Below are positions 12,543 through 25,190 of a stretch of 64,000 nt of DNA, one piece after another (positions within the stretch are counted from its first letter, which is position 1; every line of letters begins with the position of its first letter). The translations under genes were made by a program, and so were the position numbers. The stretch is from NCBI GenBank assembly GCA_013239625.1, contig MU053520.1, positions 586,934 through 650,933 of the forward strand, read 5' to 3'. Under the pieces are notes generated by a model, which saw only the letters and a list, made by a program, of their open reading frames with translations, made no database searches and was not told where the DNA came from. Origin of the DNA: Lama guanicoe (taxonomy: Eukaryota).

Positions 12543-15500
12543 TTTTATTTTTTATTTATAAAACCTTTTATTTTTATTTTTGTTATTTTTTTTAACTGTT
12601 GAAGTACAATCAATTACAATGTGTCAATTTCTGATGTACAGCACAATGTCTCAGCCATGCATACACATACATATATTCATCTTCATGTTTTTTCCATTAA
12701 AGGTTATTAAAAGACATTGAACATAGTTCCCTGTGCTATACAAAAGAAAATTTTAAAATCTATTTTTATATACAATGACTTACATTTGTAAATCTCAAAC
12801 TCCGGTATTTATCCCCTCCCCCTTTCCCTGGTAACCATAAGATTATTTACTAAGTCTGCAGGTCTATTTCTGTTTTGTAGATAAGTTCATAGTGTCCATT
12901 TTTTCTTAATTTTTAGATTTCACATGTGAGTGATATCATATGGTATTTTTCTTCCTCTTTCTGGCTTACTTCACTTAGAATGATAATCTCTAGGTCCATC
13001 TATATTGATGCAAATGGCATTATTTTATTTTTATGGCACAGTAGTATTCCATTGTATAAATATACCATATTTTATTTATCTAATCATCTGTTGATGGAAA
13101 TTTAGGTTGGTTCCATGTTCTGGCTATTGTATATAGTGCTGCTATGAACACTGGGGTACATGTATCTTTTCAAATTAGAGTTCCCTTCAGATATATTCCC
13201 AACAGTGGGATTGCTGGATCATATGGTAAGTTTATTTTTAGTTTTTTGAGGAATATTCATACTGTTTTCCACAATGGTTTGACCAAACTACATTCCCACC
13301 AACAAGGTAGGAGGGTTCCCTTTTCTCCACACCCTCTCCAGCATTTATTGTTTGTCGACTTTTGAATGATGGTCATTCTGATTGGTGTGAGGTGATACCT
13401 CACTGTAGTTTTGATTTTCATTTCTCTGATAATTAGCACTATTGATAATTTTTTTTATTTGCCTTTTGTCCATTTGTATGTCTTCATGGGAGAAATGCTT
13501 GTTTAGATCTTCTGCAGCAGTGTAATTTTGTCTGAAGACTAGGAGGGTTATTCCTCCAGCTTCATTCTTTTGCTTCAATATTGAAGCTTTGGCAATTCTG
13601 GGTCTTTCGTGATTCCACATAAATCTTAGAATCATTTGTTTCAGTTCTATTAAAAAATGTCCCTGGTAATTTGATAGGGATTGCATTAAATCTCTACCTT
13701 GCCTTGGGCAGTATGGCCATTTTAATGATAGTAATTTTTCTAATCCAAGAGGATGGGATATCTTCCTGTTTCTTTAAGTCATCTTTGATTTCCTTAACCA
13801 GTGTTTTATAGTTCTCCATGTGTAAGTTTTTCACCTCCTTGGTCAGATATAGTCCTAAGTATTATATTGTTTTGGGTGTGATTTTAAAGTGAATTATTTC
13901 TTTACTTTCATTTCCTGTTGATTCATTGTTAGTGTAAAGAAATGCAACTGATTTTTGTATGTTAATCTGGTATCCTGCTATCTTGCTGAATTCTTTTATT
14001 AGCTCTAGTAGTATTTTTGTGGAGCTTTTAGGCTTTTCTATATATAATATTAGGTCATCTGTTTATTGTGACAATTTTACCACTTCATTTCCAATTTGGA
14101 TTCCTTTTATCTCTTTTTTGCCTGATTGCTGTGGTTAGGACTTCCAAGACTATGTTGAATAGAAGTGGTGAGAGTGAGCAACTTTGTCTTGTCCCAGATT
14201 TTAGTGGGAAGGTTTTCAGTTTTTCACTATTGAGTACTATGCTGGCTGTAGGTTTGTCATAAATAACTTTTATTATGTTGAAATATGTTCCCTCTATACC
14301 CACTTTGGTAAGGGTTTCTATCATAAATGGGTGTTGAATTTTATGAAATGCTTTTCCTGCATCTATTGAGATGATCATGTGGTTTTTGTCCTTTCTCTTG
14401 TTGATGTGATGTATACATTGATTGATTTGCATATGTTGTACCATCCTTATGTCCCTGGGATGAATCCAGCTTGATCATGGTGTATGATCTTTTTTATGTG
14501 CTGTTAGATTCTATTTGCTAATATTTTGGTATGGATTTGTGCATCTATGTTCATCGGTGATATTGGTCTGTAATTCTCTTCTTGGGTAGTGTCTTTGTCT
14601 GGTTTTGATATCAGGGTGATGGTGGCTTCATAGAATGAGTTTGGGAGTTTTCCCTTCTTTTCAATCTTTTGGAAGAGTTTGAGAAGGACCAGTATGAGTT
14701 CTTCTTTGTATGTTTGGTAGAATTCCCCAGTGAAGCCATCTGGTCCTGGACTTTTGTTTGCAGGGAGGTTTTTTTTTATTGCTACTTATATTTCATTTCT
14801 AGTGATCAGTCTGTTCAAGTGGTCTGTTTCTTCTTGATTCATTCTTGATGGGATATCTGTTTCCAGAAACTTGTCCATTTCATCTAAGTTATCCAGTTTG
14901 TTTCCATATAGTTGTTCAGAGTATTCTCTCATGACTTTTTGTATTTCTGTGGTATTGGTTGTAATCTCTCCATTTTCCTTTCTTATTTTGTTTATTTGTG
15001 TTCTCTCTCTTTTCTTCTTGATGAGCATGGCCAGAGGTTTGTCAATTTTGTTTACTTTTCAAAACAATAGCTCTTTGTTTGATTTATTTTTTCCTACTAT
15101 TTTTTTAATCTCTATTTTATTTCTTTCTTCCCTGATCTTTATTATTTCCCTCTTTCCACTGAGTTTGAGTCTTTCCTCTGCCTGAGATTGTAAATAAATC
15201 TCAGTCCCACCTATGAAATTGCAGAGCCCCTGGGTACGGATTCAGGTTTCAACCCCACTTCCACCTGGGAGCCACACACTGGAGAGTATGGTGGCTCTGG
15301 CTAAGCCCCTCTCTCTTCTCCTGAGAATGCACCAGTGGTGGTGCCACAGGTCTGCAGAGGCAAAGGCTGCAGTGCCTCTTCCCCCAGTGCACAGCAGCAG
15401 TGTTGCTTTGCATTTTTTTTTCTAATTGTATGGGGACCCAGGCTGTTCTGATGCGTATACCCTCTCAGCCACGGTGCACAGCACACTGCAGTTCCCTGGG

Positions 15501-15977
15501 GTTGCCTCTGTATAGTCAGCCCCAGTCCTCTGCCCGGCTCTTGCAGTCTGTCCCTTTCCACACCCAGCCCTAGATGAGAACTGTTGGTTTGGGGCTGCAG
15601 GGATCCTTTGTGCCCATTTCACTTAGTTGTGATGGTCAAGGGCTATTCTGCACAGATCTAAGCCTCAGAGGTTCTTCCTCCATCCCACTGACCTCTCTGT
15701 TGGATAGGGGAGACGCAGTGAATGAGCACTCTTCCTCCTTTGCCTCTCCCTCCCTGCAGGACTGGTCCCACACTGATTTCCTTTTCTTCTTTCTTTGTTT
15801 TCCTTTTCTCCTACCAGATTTGTGATGAATTTTGTCTTTTGAAGAAGGTGATGTTCTGCTAAAGTTCAGCAAATATTCTGAGTGAATGCGTGGGTCTGTG
15901 GATGTCTCTCTTGGTGTACTCATGGAAGAGCGTGAGCTACAAGCATTCTTCTACTCCACCATCTTGGCTGTTCCCCC
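12543..15977 (-). mobile_element. LINE-1 retaining both ends, with two internal deletions (lacks ORF1, EN and part of the ORF2 C-terminal half)
   Basis: It has a poly(T) tail, a 3' UTR and ORF2 pieces (13257..13439, 13345..13686, 14085..14444 with [26 protein letters not shown], 14786..15028). The GC-rich 5' UTR starts with minus-strand GGGGGAACAGCCAAGATGG. There is an imperfect TSD, agaaa...catttc. Confidence 0.93.
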
Positions 15978-17199
15978 AGAAAGGCATTTCAAACCTGGGG
16001 AAGTGCAAGTCTCCCTTTGTTTTCCAGTCAAGGTATATCACAGTTTTCTCTTCTTCTGGATATTTGCTCGTGACAATAACCTAGCTGACCCACCCTCGTT
16101 TTCAACTCCCCACATCCAATGATGCCCTGCTGTTTCCATTTTCTGAAGGCCTTTTGGGTCTGTCTATTTCCTTCCATTCCACCTTCTGAGAACTTGGCAT
16201 GGATCACTGACATCTCTTATCTGAAAGGCTTTGCAATTGGTCTTTTACAAATCCAATTTACCACTCTCTAACAGTCTTCCAATTTTAGTAAGACAACTTC
16301 CAGAATTGTCTTGCTAAAATTCAAATATGGCCATATCTTTTCCATAGTTAAAACTTATCAATGATTTTTTTCATTGCCCTTGGAAAAAAGCTCAAACTCT
16401 TTAGTATGATACACAAATATGCCTTCTGCTGTAACCTAAGCTCACACTGGTAGTGTCTTACCACGTACCACCTCACAATGTGCAGTCTAACCAGACTGAT
16501 TCTCTGTGGTTTACCCTACAATAGCATTTATAACATGTAATAGTCTACAACTTCTGTATGTGCATGATGACAAATAAAATGCAAGTTCACACGGTTTTAG
16601 AGTGAATGATGGGTAAGAAGTGTCTGGACAATGGAAAATGAATGCTATGTCATGAAAGGCCTTTCATGTTACATTAGAGAGTCTAGACATCCACAGATTT
16701 CAGAATAATCCTTGGGATTTGTTTCCATGTCAGCCTCAATCCTGTATAGGTTACTGGTTGTTAAAGACAACTCTGCCAAAAGGCATTCTTGGTGCTTGAT
16801 TCAGATATGGTCATGCCATCTCTTTCCAGTCTGGATTTTTGCTGTTATTTTAAGATGCTGAAAGAAGAGGAACTCTGTGCTTACTTCCCCACACACACTC
16901 CCTCCTAGCTTCTTATCTCCCCAAAAGAGGAGGAGATGCTAACAAATTAGTTGAGAATGAAGATATTGACTGGACCTTGTGGGCAATAGGGCAAAATGGC
17001 TGTGGATTCAAGGGAACTTTTCTCCCTTAGACTCTCTCTTAGTTTCTTATCTCATCCTTGGACATCCTGAGTGAGTCTGTTGACCAGGGCAACTGAAGAC
17101 CTTGTTGACTTGGGCCCCTTCACACACAGACTTATTTTTTTCAATGTGGCTGCTCAGAGGATTAAGAATTCATGTGGGTGAAGGGGTGGGGGAATGATC

Positions 17200-17697
17200 A
17201 AATATAGGAATGCTTTTTGTTTTTGTTTTTGAAATGCTTTCTGGACCTAGTGGTGAGACTAGGCCAGAGTGTGGTCAGTTCTCCTTCTTGGGCAGCTGAT
17301 TATAATCACACCCCAGCTACTGGCCTTATGGAGCTCTCATGTTCCCGGGCATCTATGCCCTCAACCTAGTCACTGCAAGGCCAGGTGCCAGATAACAACG
17401 GGCAGCCCCTATGTCCTGGAGCCCATAAAATTATTCAAATTAGCCAGATGATAAAGAAGTCCATGAAACCTAGCTAACCCCAGCCAGGTTGTTTATACAA
17501 AAACTATAGGAACAGCTTCAGTTTGCTGCTTTCCTGTCCCCTGCTGCATCTCCTTGTGTGGTCCAGCCTAGCAGCTTCCTCTTGTTCAGAACTACAGTAA
17601 CAAATAGTTCTGACTTTCATCTATCAGAGTGTCACTGTGTTCTGTCCTGACATTAAAAAAACAGAGAGAGGAAAGAAACTTTCAAAATCTTATAAAA
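17200..17697 (+). mobile_element. Old ERVL-type LTR (MER73/MER74-like)
   Basis: 'cagcccctatgtcctggagcccataaaattattcaaattagcca' and the end 'aaaatcttataa' resemble my recollection of the MER73/74 consensus. The 5' boundary is uncertain. Confidence 0.55.
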
Positions 17698-18177
17698 TAG
17701 ATGGTAAGAAAGGAACAGGAAGATATGCTCATTAATTCAAGATTAATGTTGTAAACCAATTTTTACAAAAATTCGTCATTAAGGTGTTAAGTGAGGGCTG
17801 CTCAGGTTTGCCAAAAAAACTATATTATTTCATATGACTTCCCTCCTTTATATATTTTCTTTAGTAATCTTACCAGTATTAAAAGCAAAATCAGGGAAAA
17901 AAGGCAGGGAAGGATTTCAATTTTCTGCTTTCTTGATCATAATACATCAAATTATCAACAAAATTCCACCCTATGTCTTGCAATATTAATGCTGGGCTTG
18001 TATGCACAAGCACAAACATTTGAGGACAAAGCAGGAGGAGGGGAGACTAAATACAGCCGTGGTAGTTGGTGTTAGCTGATACCAAACTGTTAAGTATTTT
18101 GTAATTTTTTTTTTAAATCTCTTTGTTCAGTTGAATTTAAAGGATTGTCCAGGGAAAGTAAGGTTCTGTTTTAACAA

Positions 18178-18420
18178 ACCAAACCAAACTAAAACAAACA
18201 CATAGATACTAAGAACAGAGTACTGGTGACCAGAGGGGAAGAGTGGGGTGGCAGGGAGGGTGAAATCTGTGAAAGGGATCAACTGTATGATGACAGATAG
18301 AAACTAAGCTGTTGGTGGTGAGCATGTTGTAGAGTGTATAGAAACAGAAATAGAATGCTGGACACAGGAAACTTCTATAATGTTATACATCAATGTTACC
18401 TCAAAAAAAATTTTAAAAAA
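18178..18420 (+). mobile_element. Short older LINE-1 3' UTR fragment
   Basis: 'acatagatactaagaacagagtactggtgaccagagggg...caatgttacctcaaaaaaaa'. Confidence 0.85.
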
Positions 18421-18999
18421 TGACAGCACAGAATTTCTGCAACGTTTGAGTGTCAGTTTAAATAATCAATGGATTGAGAATGTCTCCCATACTGCGTAAT
18501 TATCCAAATTGTAAGTAATGAGCAAATAATCTAATTGATTTTTATAATGTCCTGAACATAAATGACAGTATACTGTGCATAAACAGATAACTGAGAGGAA
18601 CAGTCTTCACATATATATACTATCAAAAAGGGTCCAGAGAAGAGGTAACGTAATAATTGAGACAGTTAAATTCTTTACTTTTATTTATGGTTTAGAAATG
18701 TCATTTAGCATGGTCTTGGAAAGAAACTGAATAGTGAAATGCAGATGCAATAAAGATCAGAACCTGAATGGACAAATTCTAGAGCATTCTAAGGAATAAA
18801 ATTTTAATCTTGATAGATAAATTTATCTAGTATGCTGTTAATATATAGACCCTACATATGGAAAAAAAAAACTGGAGAGAAGGAATTAAGGAAAAGTCTT
18901 TTCAGTGTAGGCCATTGTTTTTACTCCTTAAATATTTATTGAGCTTTATTTTCATATTGTATCTCATTGGAAGTTATGACCATTCTATAAAATAGAAGT

Positions 19000-19130
19000 A
19001 TTTTATTTTGCTAGGTTCAAGAGTAACGTTGTATTTAGGAAAGTTAAGTGGCTTTGTCAAAATTTCATCACAACATGTGACAGAATCAGAACTGAATTCT
19101 CCAAATCCAGTGCACTTACAATGACATCAC
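19000..19130 (-). mobile_element. MIR fragment
   Basis: 'aagttaagtggctttgtcaaa...tgacagaatcagaactgaattctccaaatccagtgc'. Confidence 0.5.
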
Positions 19131-19304
19131 ATTATCATTAAAGATAGAAGGGAATTTCACACCAATATTCCTTAGAGAAGAAAATGCAAGTTACTAGAAG
19201 ACTGAGAAAGTGTAGAGATTTTTATTCTGTAGTGAGTTCTTATTCTGTACAGGGGTCTTTAACGTCTGAATCATGAATAATTAGACTGTGTTTTATGCCT
19301 GCTG

Positions 19305-19614
19305 TTGATTGATTGATTGATTGATTGAAGTACAGTCACTTACAATGTGTCAATTTCTGGTGTACAGCATAACCCAGCCATGTATATATATACATATATT
19401 TGTTTTTATATTCTTTTCCATTATAAGTTACTAGCTCCCTGGGCTATACAGAAGAAATTTATTTTTTATCTATTTGTATATATAGTGGTTATTATTTGCA
19501 AATCTCAGACTCCAAAATGTAGCCCTTCCCATCCCCCTTTCCCCAGTAACTATAAGATTGTTTACTATGTTTGCAAGTCTCTTTCTCTTTTGTAGATGAG
19601 TTCATTAGTGTACT
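19305..19614 (-). mobile_element. LINE-1 3' UTR fragment with a tail converted to (GATT)n
   Basis: Same 3' UTR type as 12595-12900, 28201-28444 and 40012-40216 ('gaagtacagtcacttacaatgtgtcaatttctggtgtacagca'). Confidence 0.88.
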
Positions 19615-19989
19615 CTTTTTTTTAACAATTTTTATTGACTTATAATCATTTTACAATGTTATGTCAAATTCCAGTGTAGAGCACAATTTTTCAGTTATAC
19701 ATGAACATGTATATATTCATTGTCACATTTTTTTCTCTGTGAGCTAACATAAGATCTTATATATATATTTCCCTGTGCTATACAGTATAATCTTGTTTAT
19801 CTATTCTACGATTTTGAAATCCTAGTCTATCTCTTCCCACCCCCCCCCACCCCCTTGGCAACCACAAGTTTATATTCTATGTCTGTGAGTCTATTTCTCT
19901 TTTGCATTTATGCTTTGTTTGTTTGGTTTTTAGATTCCAAATATGAGCAATATCATATGGTATTTTTCTTTCTCTTTCTGGCTTACTTC

Positions 19990-20965
19990 ACTTAGAATGG
20001 AACTCTCCAGGAGCATCCATGTTGCTGCAAATGGCATTATGTTGTCGGTTTTTCTGGCTGAATAGTATCCCATTGTATAAATATACCATTTCTTCTTTAT
20101 CCAGTTATCTGTAAATGGACATTTAGACTTTTTCCATGTCTTGGCTATTGTAAATAATGCTGCTATGAACATTGGGGTGCAGGTGTCATCCTGAAGTAGG
20201 GTTCCTTCTGGATATATGCCCAGGAGTGGGATTCCTGGGTCATATGGTAAGTCTATTCCTAGTCTTTTGAAGAATCTCCATATTGTTTTCCACATGGGCT
20301 GCACCAAACTGCATTCCCACCAGCAGTGAAGGAGGATTCCCTTTTCTCCACAGCCTCTCCAGCAATTGTCATTTGTGGATTTTTGAATGATGGCCATTCT
20401 GACTGGTGTGAGGTGATACCTCATTGTAATTTTGATTTCCATTTCTCTGATAATTAGTGATATTGAGCATTTTTTCAACTTAGAATGGAACTCTCCAGGA
20501 GCATCCATGTTGCTGCAAATGGCATTATGTTGTCGGTTTTTCTGGCTGAATAGTATCCCATTGTATAAATATACCATTTCTTCTTTATCCAGTTATCTGT
20601 AAATGGACATTTAGACTTTTTCCATGTCTTGGCTATTGTAAATAATGCTGCTATGAACATTGGGGTGCAGGTGTCATCCTGAAGTAGGGTTCCTTCTGGA
20701 TATATGCCCAGGAGTGGGATTCCTGGGTCATATGGTAAGTCTATTCCTAGTCTTTTGAAGAATCTCCATATTGTTTTCCACATGGGCTGCACCAAACTGC
20801 ATTCCCACCAGCAGTGAAGGAGGATTCCCTTTTCTCCACAGCCTCTCCAGCAATTGTCATTTGTGGATTTTTGAATGATGGCCATTCTGACTGGTGTGAG
20901 GTGATACCTCATTGTAACTTTGATTTCCATTTCTCTGATAATTAGTGATATTGAGCATTTTTTCA
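19990..20965. repeat. Direct tandem duplication, 2 x 488 bp
   Basis: acttagaatggaactctcc starts at 19990 and 20478, and both copies end gagcattttttca (20477, 20965). I noticed one substitution between them. Confidence 0.97.
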
Positions 20966-23354
20966 TGTGCCTATTGATCATTTGTATGTCTTCCTTGGAG
21001 AATTGCTTGTTTAGGTCTTCTGCCTATTTTTGAATTGGGTTGTTTAGTTTCTTCTTATTGAGTCGTATGAGCTGCTTATATATTCTGGAAATCAAGCCTT
21101 TGTCGGTTTCATTTGCAAAAATTTTCTCCCATTCTGTAGGTTTTCTTCTTGTTTTACTTCTGGTTTCCTTTGCTGTGCAGAAGCTTGCAAGTTTCACTAG
21201 CTCCCATTTGTTTATTCTTGCTTTTATTTCTTCTAGGAGAAAATTTTTGAAATGTATGTCAGATACTGTTTTGCCTTTATTTTCCTCTAGGAGGTTTATT
21301 GTATCTTGTCTTATGTTTAAGTCTTTGATCCATTTTGAGTTGATTTTTGTGTATGGTGTAAGGGAGTGTTCTAGCTTCATTGTTTTACATGCTGCTGTCC
21401 AGTTTTCCCAACACCGTTTGCTGAAGAGACTGTCTTTATTCCATTGTATACTCTTGCCTCCTTTGTCGAAGATGAGTTGACCAAAAGCTTGTGGGTTCAT
21501 TTCTGGGCTCTCTGTTCTGTTCCATTGGTCTATATGTCTGTTTTGGTACCAATACCATGCTGTCTTGATGACTGTAGCTCTATAGTATTGTCTAACGTCT
21601 GGGAGAGTTATTCCTCCAGTCTCTTTCTTTCTCTTCAGTAATGCTTCGGCAATTCTAGGTCTTTGATGGTTCCATATAAATTTTATTATGATTTGTTCTA
21701 GTTCTGTGAAATATGTCCTGGGTAATTTGATAGGGATTACATGAAATCTGTAGATTGCCTTGGGCAGTGTGACCGTTTTAACAATATTGATTCTTCCAAT
21801 CCAAGAGCATAAGATATCTTTCCATTTTTTAAATTAGTCTTCAATTTCTTTCATCAATGATTTATAGTTTTTTGTGTATAATTCTTTCACCTCCTTGGTT
21901 AGATTTATTCCTAGGTATTTTATTACTTTGGGTGTTATTTTAAAGGGGATTGTTTCTTTACTTTCTTTTTCTGTTAATTCATCATTAGTGTAAAGAAATG
22001 CAACTGATTTTTGAATGTTAATCTTGTAACCTGCTACCTTGCTGAATTCTTCGATCAGCTCTAGTAGTTTTTGTGTGGACCTTTTAAGGTTTTCTATATA
22101 CAGTAACTGTCACCAGCATATAGTGACACTTTTACCTCTTCTTTTCCAATTTGGATGCCTTTTATTTCTCTCTTTTGCTTGATTGCTGTGGCTAGGACTT
22201 CCAAGACTATGCTGAATAGGAGAGATGATAGTGGGCATCCTTGTCTTGTCCCAGATTTTAGTGGGAAGCTTTTGAGTTTTTACCATTGAGTACTATGCTG
22301 GCTGTAGGTTTATCATATACAGATTTTATGATGTTGAGATATGTTCCCTCTATACCCATGAATTTTATCAAATGCTTTTTCTGTATCGATTGAGATGATC
22401 ATGTGGTTTTTGTCCTTTCTCTTGTTGATGTGATGTATTACATTGATTGATTTGCGTATGTTGAACCACCTTTGTGTCCCTGGGATGAACCTCACTTGGT
22501 CATGATGTATAATCTTTTTTATATGTTGTTGGATTATATTTGCTAATATTTTGGTGAGGATTTGGCATCTATGTTCATCAGTGATATTGGCCTATAATTC
22601 TCTTTTTTTGTAGTGTCTTTGCCTGGTTTTGGTATCAGGGTGATGGTGGCTTCATAGAATGAGTTTGGGAGTATTCCTTCTTTTTCAGTCTTCTGGAAGA
22701 GTTTGAGAAGGACTGGTATGAGTTCTTCTTTGTATGTTTTGTAGAATTCTCTGGTTAAGCGTCCAGTCCTGGATTTTATTTGTAGGGAGGTTTTTTTTTG
22801 CTATTTCAATTTCATTTCTAGTGATTGATTTGTTCAAGTGGTCAGTTTCTTCTTGATTCAGTCTTGGTGGACAGTATGTTTCCAGAAACAGGTCCATCTC
22901 CTCTTGGTTATCCAGTTTGGTTCCATACAGTTTTTCATAATATTCTCTTATGATATTCTGTTTTTCTATGTGATTTGTTGTAATTTCTGCATTCTCCTTT
23001 CTTATTTTGCTAATTTGTGCTCTTTCTTTTTTCTTCATTGTGATATTGGCCAGAGGTTTGTCAATTTTATTTACTTTTTCATAAAACCAACTTTTGGTTT
23101 GGTTGATTTTTTCTATGGTCTTTTTAACCTGTATTTTATTTGTTTCCTCCCTAATCTTTATAATTTCCTTCCTTCTGCTGCCTTTTGGGGATTTTTGTTC
23201 TTTTTCTAATTCATTCAGCTGGTGGGTTAAATTTTTTATTTGAGAATGTTCTTCTTTTTTGAGGAAGTCCTGTATTGCTATAAACTTCCCTCTTAGCACT
23301 GCCCTCACTGTGTCCTATAGATTTTGTGTGGTTGTGCTTTCATTTTCACTTGTC

Positions 23355-24176
23355 TCAAGGTATTTTTTTAATTTCAGCTTTGATTTCCTCATTGACCCAT
23401 TGGTTTTTTAATAGCATATTGTTTAATCTCCATTCTTTCCTGTTTTTCTCCTTTGTTTTTCTGTTGTTGATTTCTAGTTTCATGGCATTGTGGTAAGTAA
23501 AGATGCTTGACATAATTTGTATCTTCTTAAAATTGTTGAAGTTTCCTTTGTGCCCAAGTACATGATCAATCCTAGAAAATGTTCCATGTGCACTTGAAAA
23601 GAATGTGTATCCTATTTTGGGGGGGTGTAATGCTCTGAAAATATCCACCAAATCTAGTTTTTCTATTGTAGTATTTAATTTCTCTGTTGCCTTATTTATT
23701 TTCTGCCTGGAAGATCTGTTTAGTGATGTTAATTTGGTGTTAAAATCTCTAACTATGATTGTATTTCCATCAATATCTCCCTTTATCTCTTTTATCAACT
23801 GTTTTATGTACTTAGGTGCTCCTATATTGGGTGCATATGTATTAATGAGTGTAATATCCTCATCTTGCATCACTCCTTTAATCATTATAAAATGTCCTTC
23901 TTTATCTTTCTTTATGGCCTTTGTTTTAAAGTCTATTTTGCCTGAAATCAGTACTGCAACACCTGCTTTTTTGGCTTTTTCATTTGCATGGAATATCCTT
24001 TTCCATCCTTTCACTCTCAATGTATATGTGTCTTTCTCCCTGAAGTGGGTCTCTTGTATGCAGCATATCGAAGGTTCTTGCTGTATTGTCCAGTCTGCCA
24101 CTCTATGTCTTTTGACTGGAGCATTTAGTCCATTAACATTTACAGTAAATAATGATAGATGTGTGTTTATTGCCAT
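23355..24176 (-). pseudogene. L1 ORF2p N-terminal APE-like endonuclease domain, open for 273 aa and then frameshifted
   Basis: MAINTHLSLFTVNVNGLNAPVKR...CCIQETH...NTYAPN...DFNT...SRIDHVLG are typical L1 EN motifs. The SDH motif reads TYH and GDFNT reads RDFNT. Confidence 0.92.
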
Positions 24177-24779
24177 TTTGAGCTTATCTTTGCAGTTGAT
24201 TTGTTATTCCCTCTTTGTTCCTTTCTTTTTCCTTTTGTGGTTTAGTGGTTTGGTTTTTCCTTTGTATTATCAAGGATTTTATTTAGTTTTTGTGACTCCC
24301 TTGTAAGCTTTTGACTTGTGGTTACCCTTTTTGTAAGTCTATTAGCCCATTACTATATCTTGAATCCATCTTACTGAAAACAAAAAATTTTAAAAAGAAA
24401 GAAAGAAAAAAAGAAAAAAAAATACTCTATATTTTCTTGCTTCCCTCTCCCACTCTTAATGATTTAGATGTCTTCTTTTACAATTTCATGTTTATTTTAC
24501 TTGTAATTCATAAGTTGTCACCTTTCCAGTTATGAGTTTCTCATTTCTGTAGCATCCAGCTGCTTTTCTATTTAGAGTTGACCTTTCAGTATTTCTTTTA
24601 GCATGGGTTTAGTGTTGCTAAACTCTTTTAGTTTTTGCTTTGCCCAAATAATCTTTATTCAATTCTAAGACTCTAGTCAGCCATTACCTTCATCATTCTT
24701 TAGTGAACATGCCAATCTAGATTCCACATCTCTGCCCTTAGCATCTTGTGCCTGTCTCCCCCTCAACTGAAATTGTTTC

Positions 24780-25190
24780 TTGACTTGCATGTTGCTCTTG
24801 CCAGGTTGTGATCTTTTAGTCTCTGCTTTTATTTTTACCAATTCACATCCAAATATCAGCTGATATCTGACACAGTCAGTGCTCAAAATGTGCCTGTTAA
24901 ATAAATGGAATAGATGGTTTAATAAAAAAAAAAAGTGGTGCTCATGTCACACTGCCCCTAGTAGGTGACCTTATATCTCTCTGACCAGTTCATTGTAATA
25001 ACAATGGCTAATTCAACAAATACTATGTTCTGACATTGTACTCAGTGATTTACCAGCATCATTTTATTTATTCTTATGGGCTGAGTAAAATTAAGTTCAA
25101 TGATGTTAAATAAGTAGAGAAAGACTGCACTACTTATTTGGAACCCAAGTTAACTTGGCTTTAAAACATGTGCTTTTTCTACCATGCCAT
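24780..25190. mobile_element. L2 3' tip (plus, ~24780-24915) and MIR (minus, ~25000-25190)
   Basis: 'tctgacacagtcagtgctcaaaatgtgcctgttaaataaatg'; 'tactatgttctgacattgtactcagtgattt...tttggaacccaag'. Confidence 0.55.

Larger units (their letters stand above)
19615..24640 (-). mobile_element. Relatively young LINE-1: 3' end of ORF1, inter-ORF spacer, full-span but disrupted ORF2, and 3' UTR; contains a 488-bp tandem duplication
   Basis: ORF2 pieces at 23355..24176 (EN), 22685..23308, 22313..22495, 21024..21500, 20475..20981 and 19930..20577. It is 5'-truncated inside ORF1 at ~24640. Confidence 0.96.

Noticed and set aside
23605..24306. 233-aa hydrophobic plus-strand ORF (also 21040..21480, 22838..23209, 14871..15185)
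   Set aside because: These are antisense shadows of A-rich L1 ORF2, which typically read as F/L/I/S-rich pseudo-membrane proteins.
19615..24640. Active, retrotransposition-competent L1
   Set aside because: It lacks the 5' UTR and most of ORF1. ORF2 is broken by stops, frameshifts, a ~30-bp deletion near 22358 and the tandem duplication.
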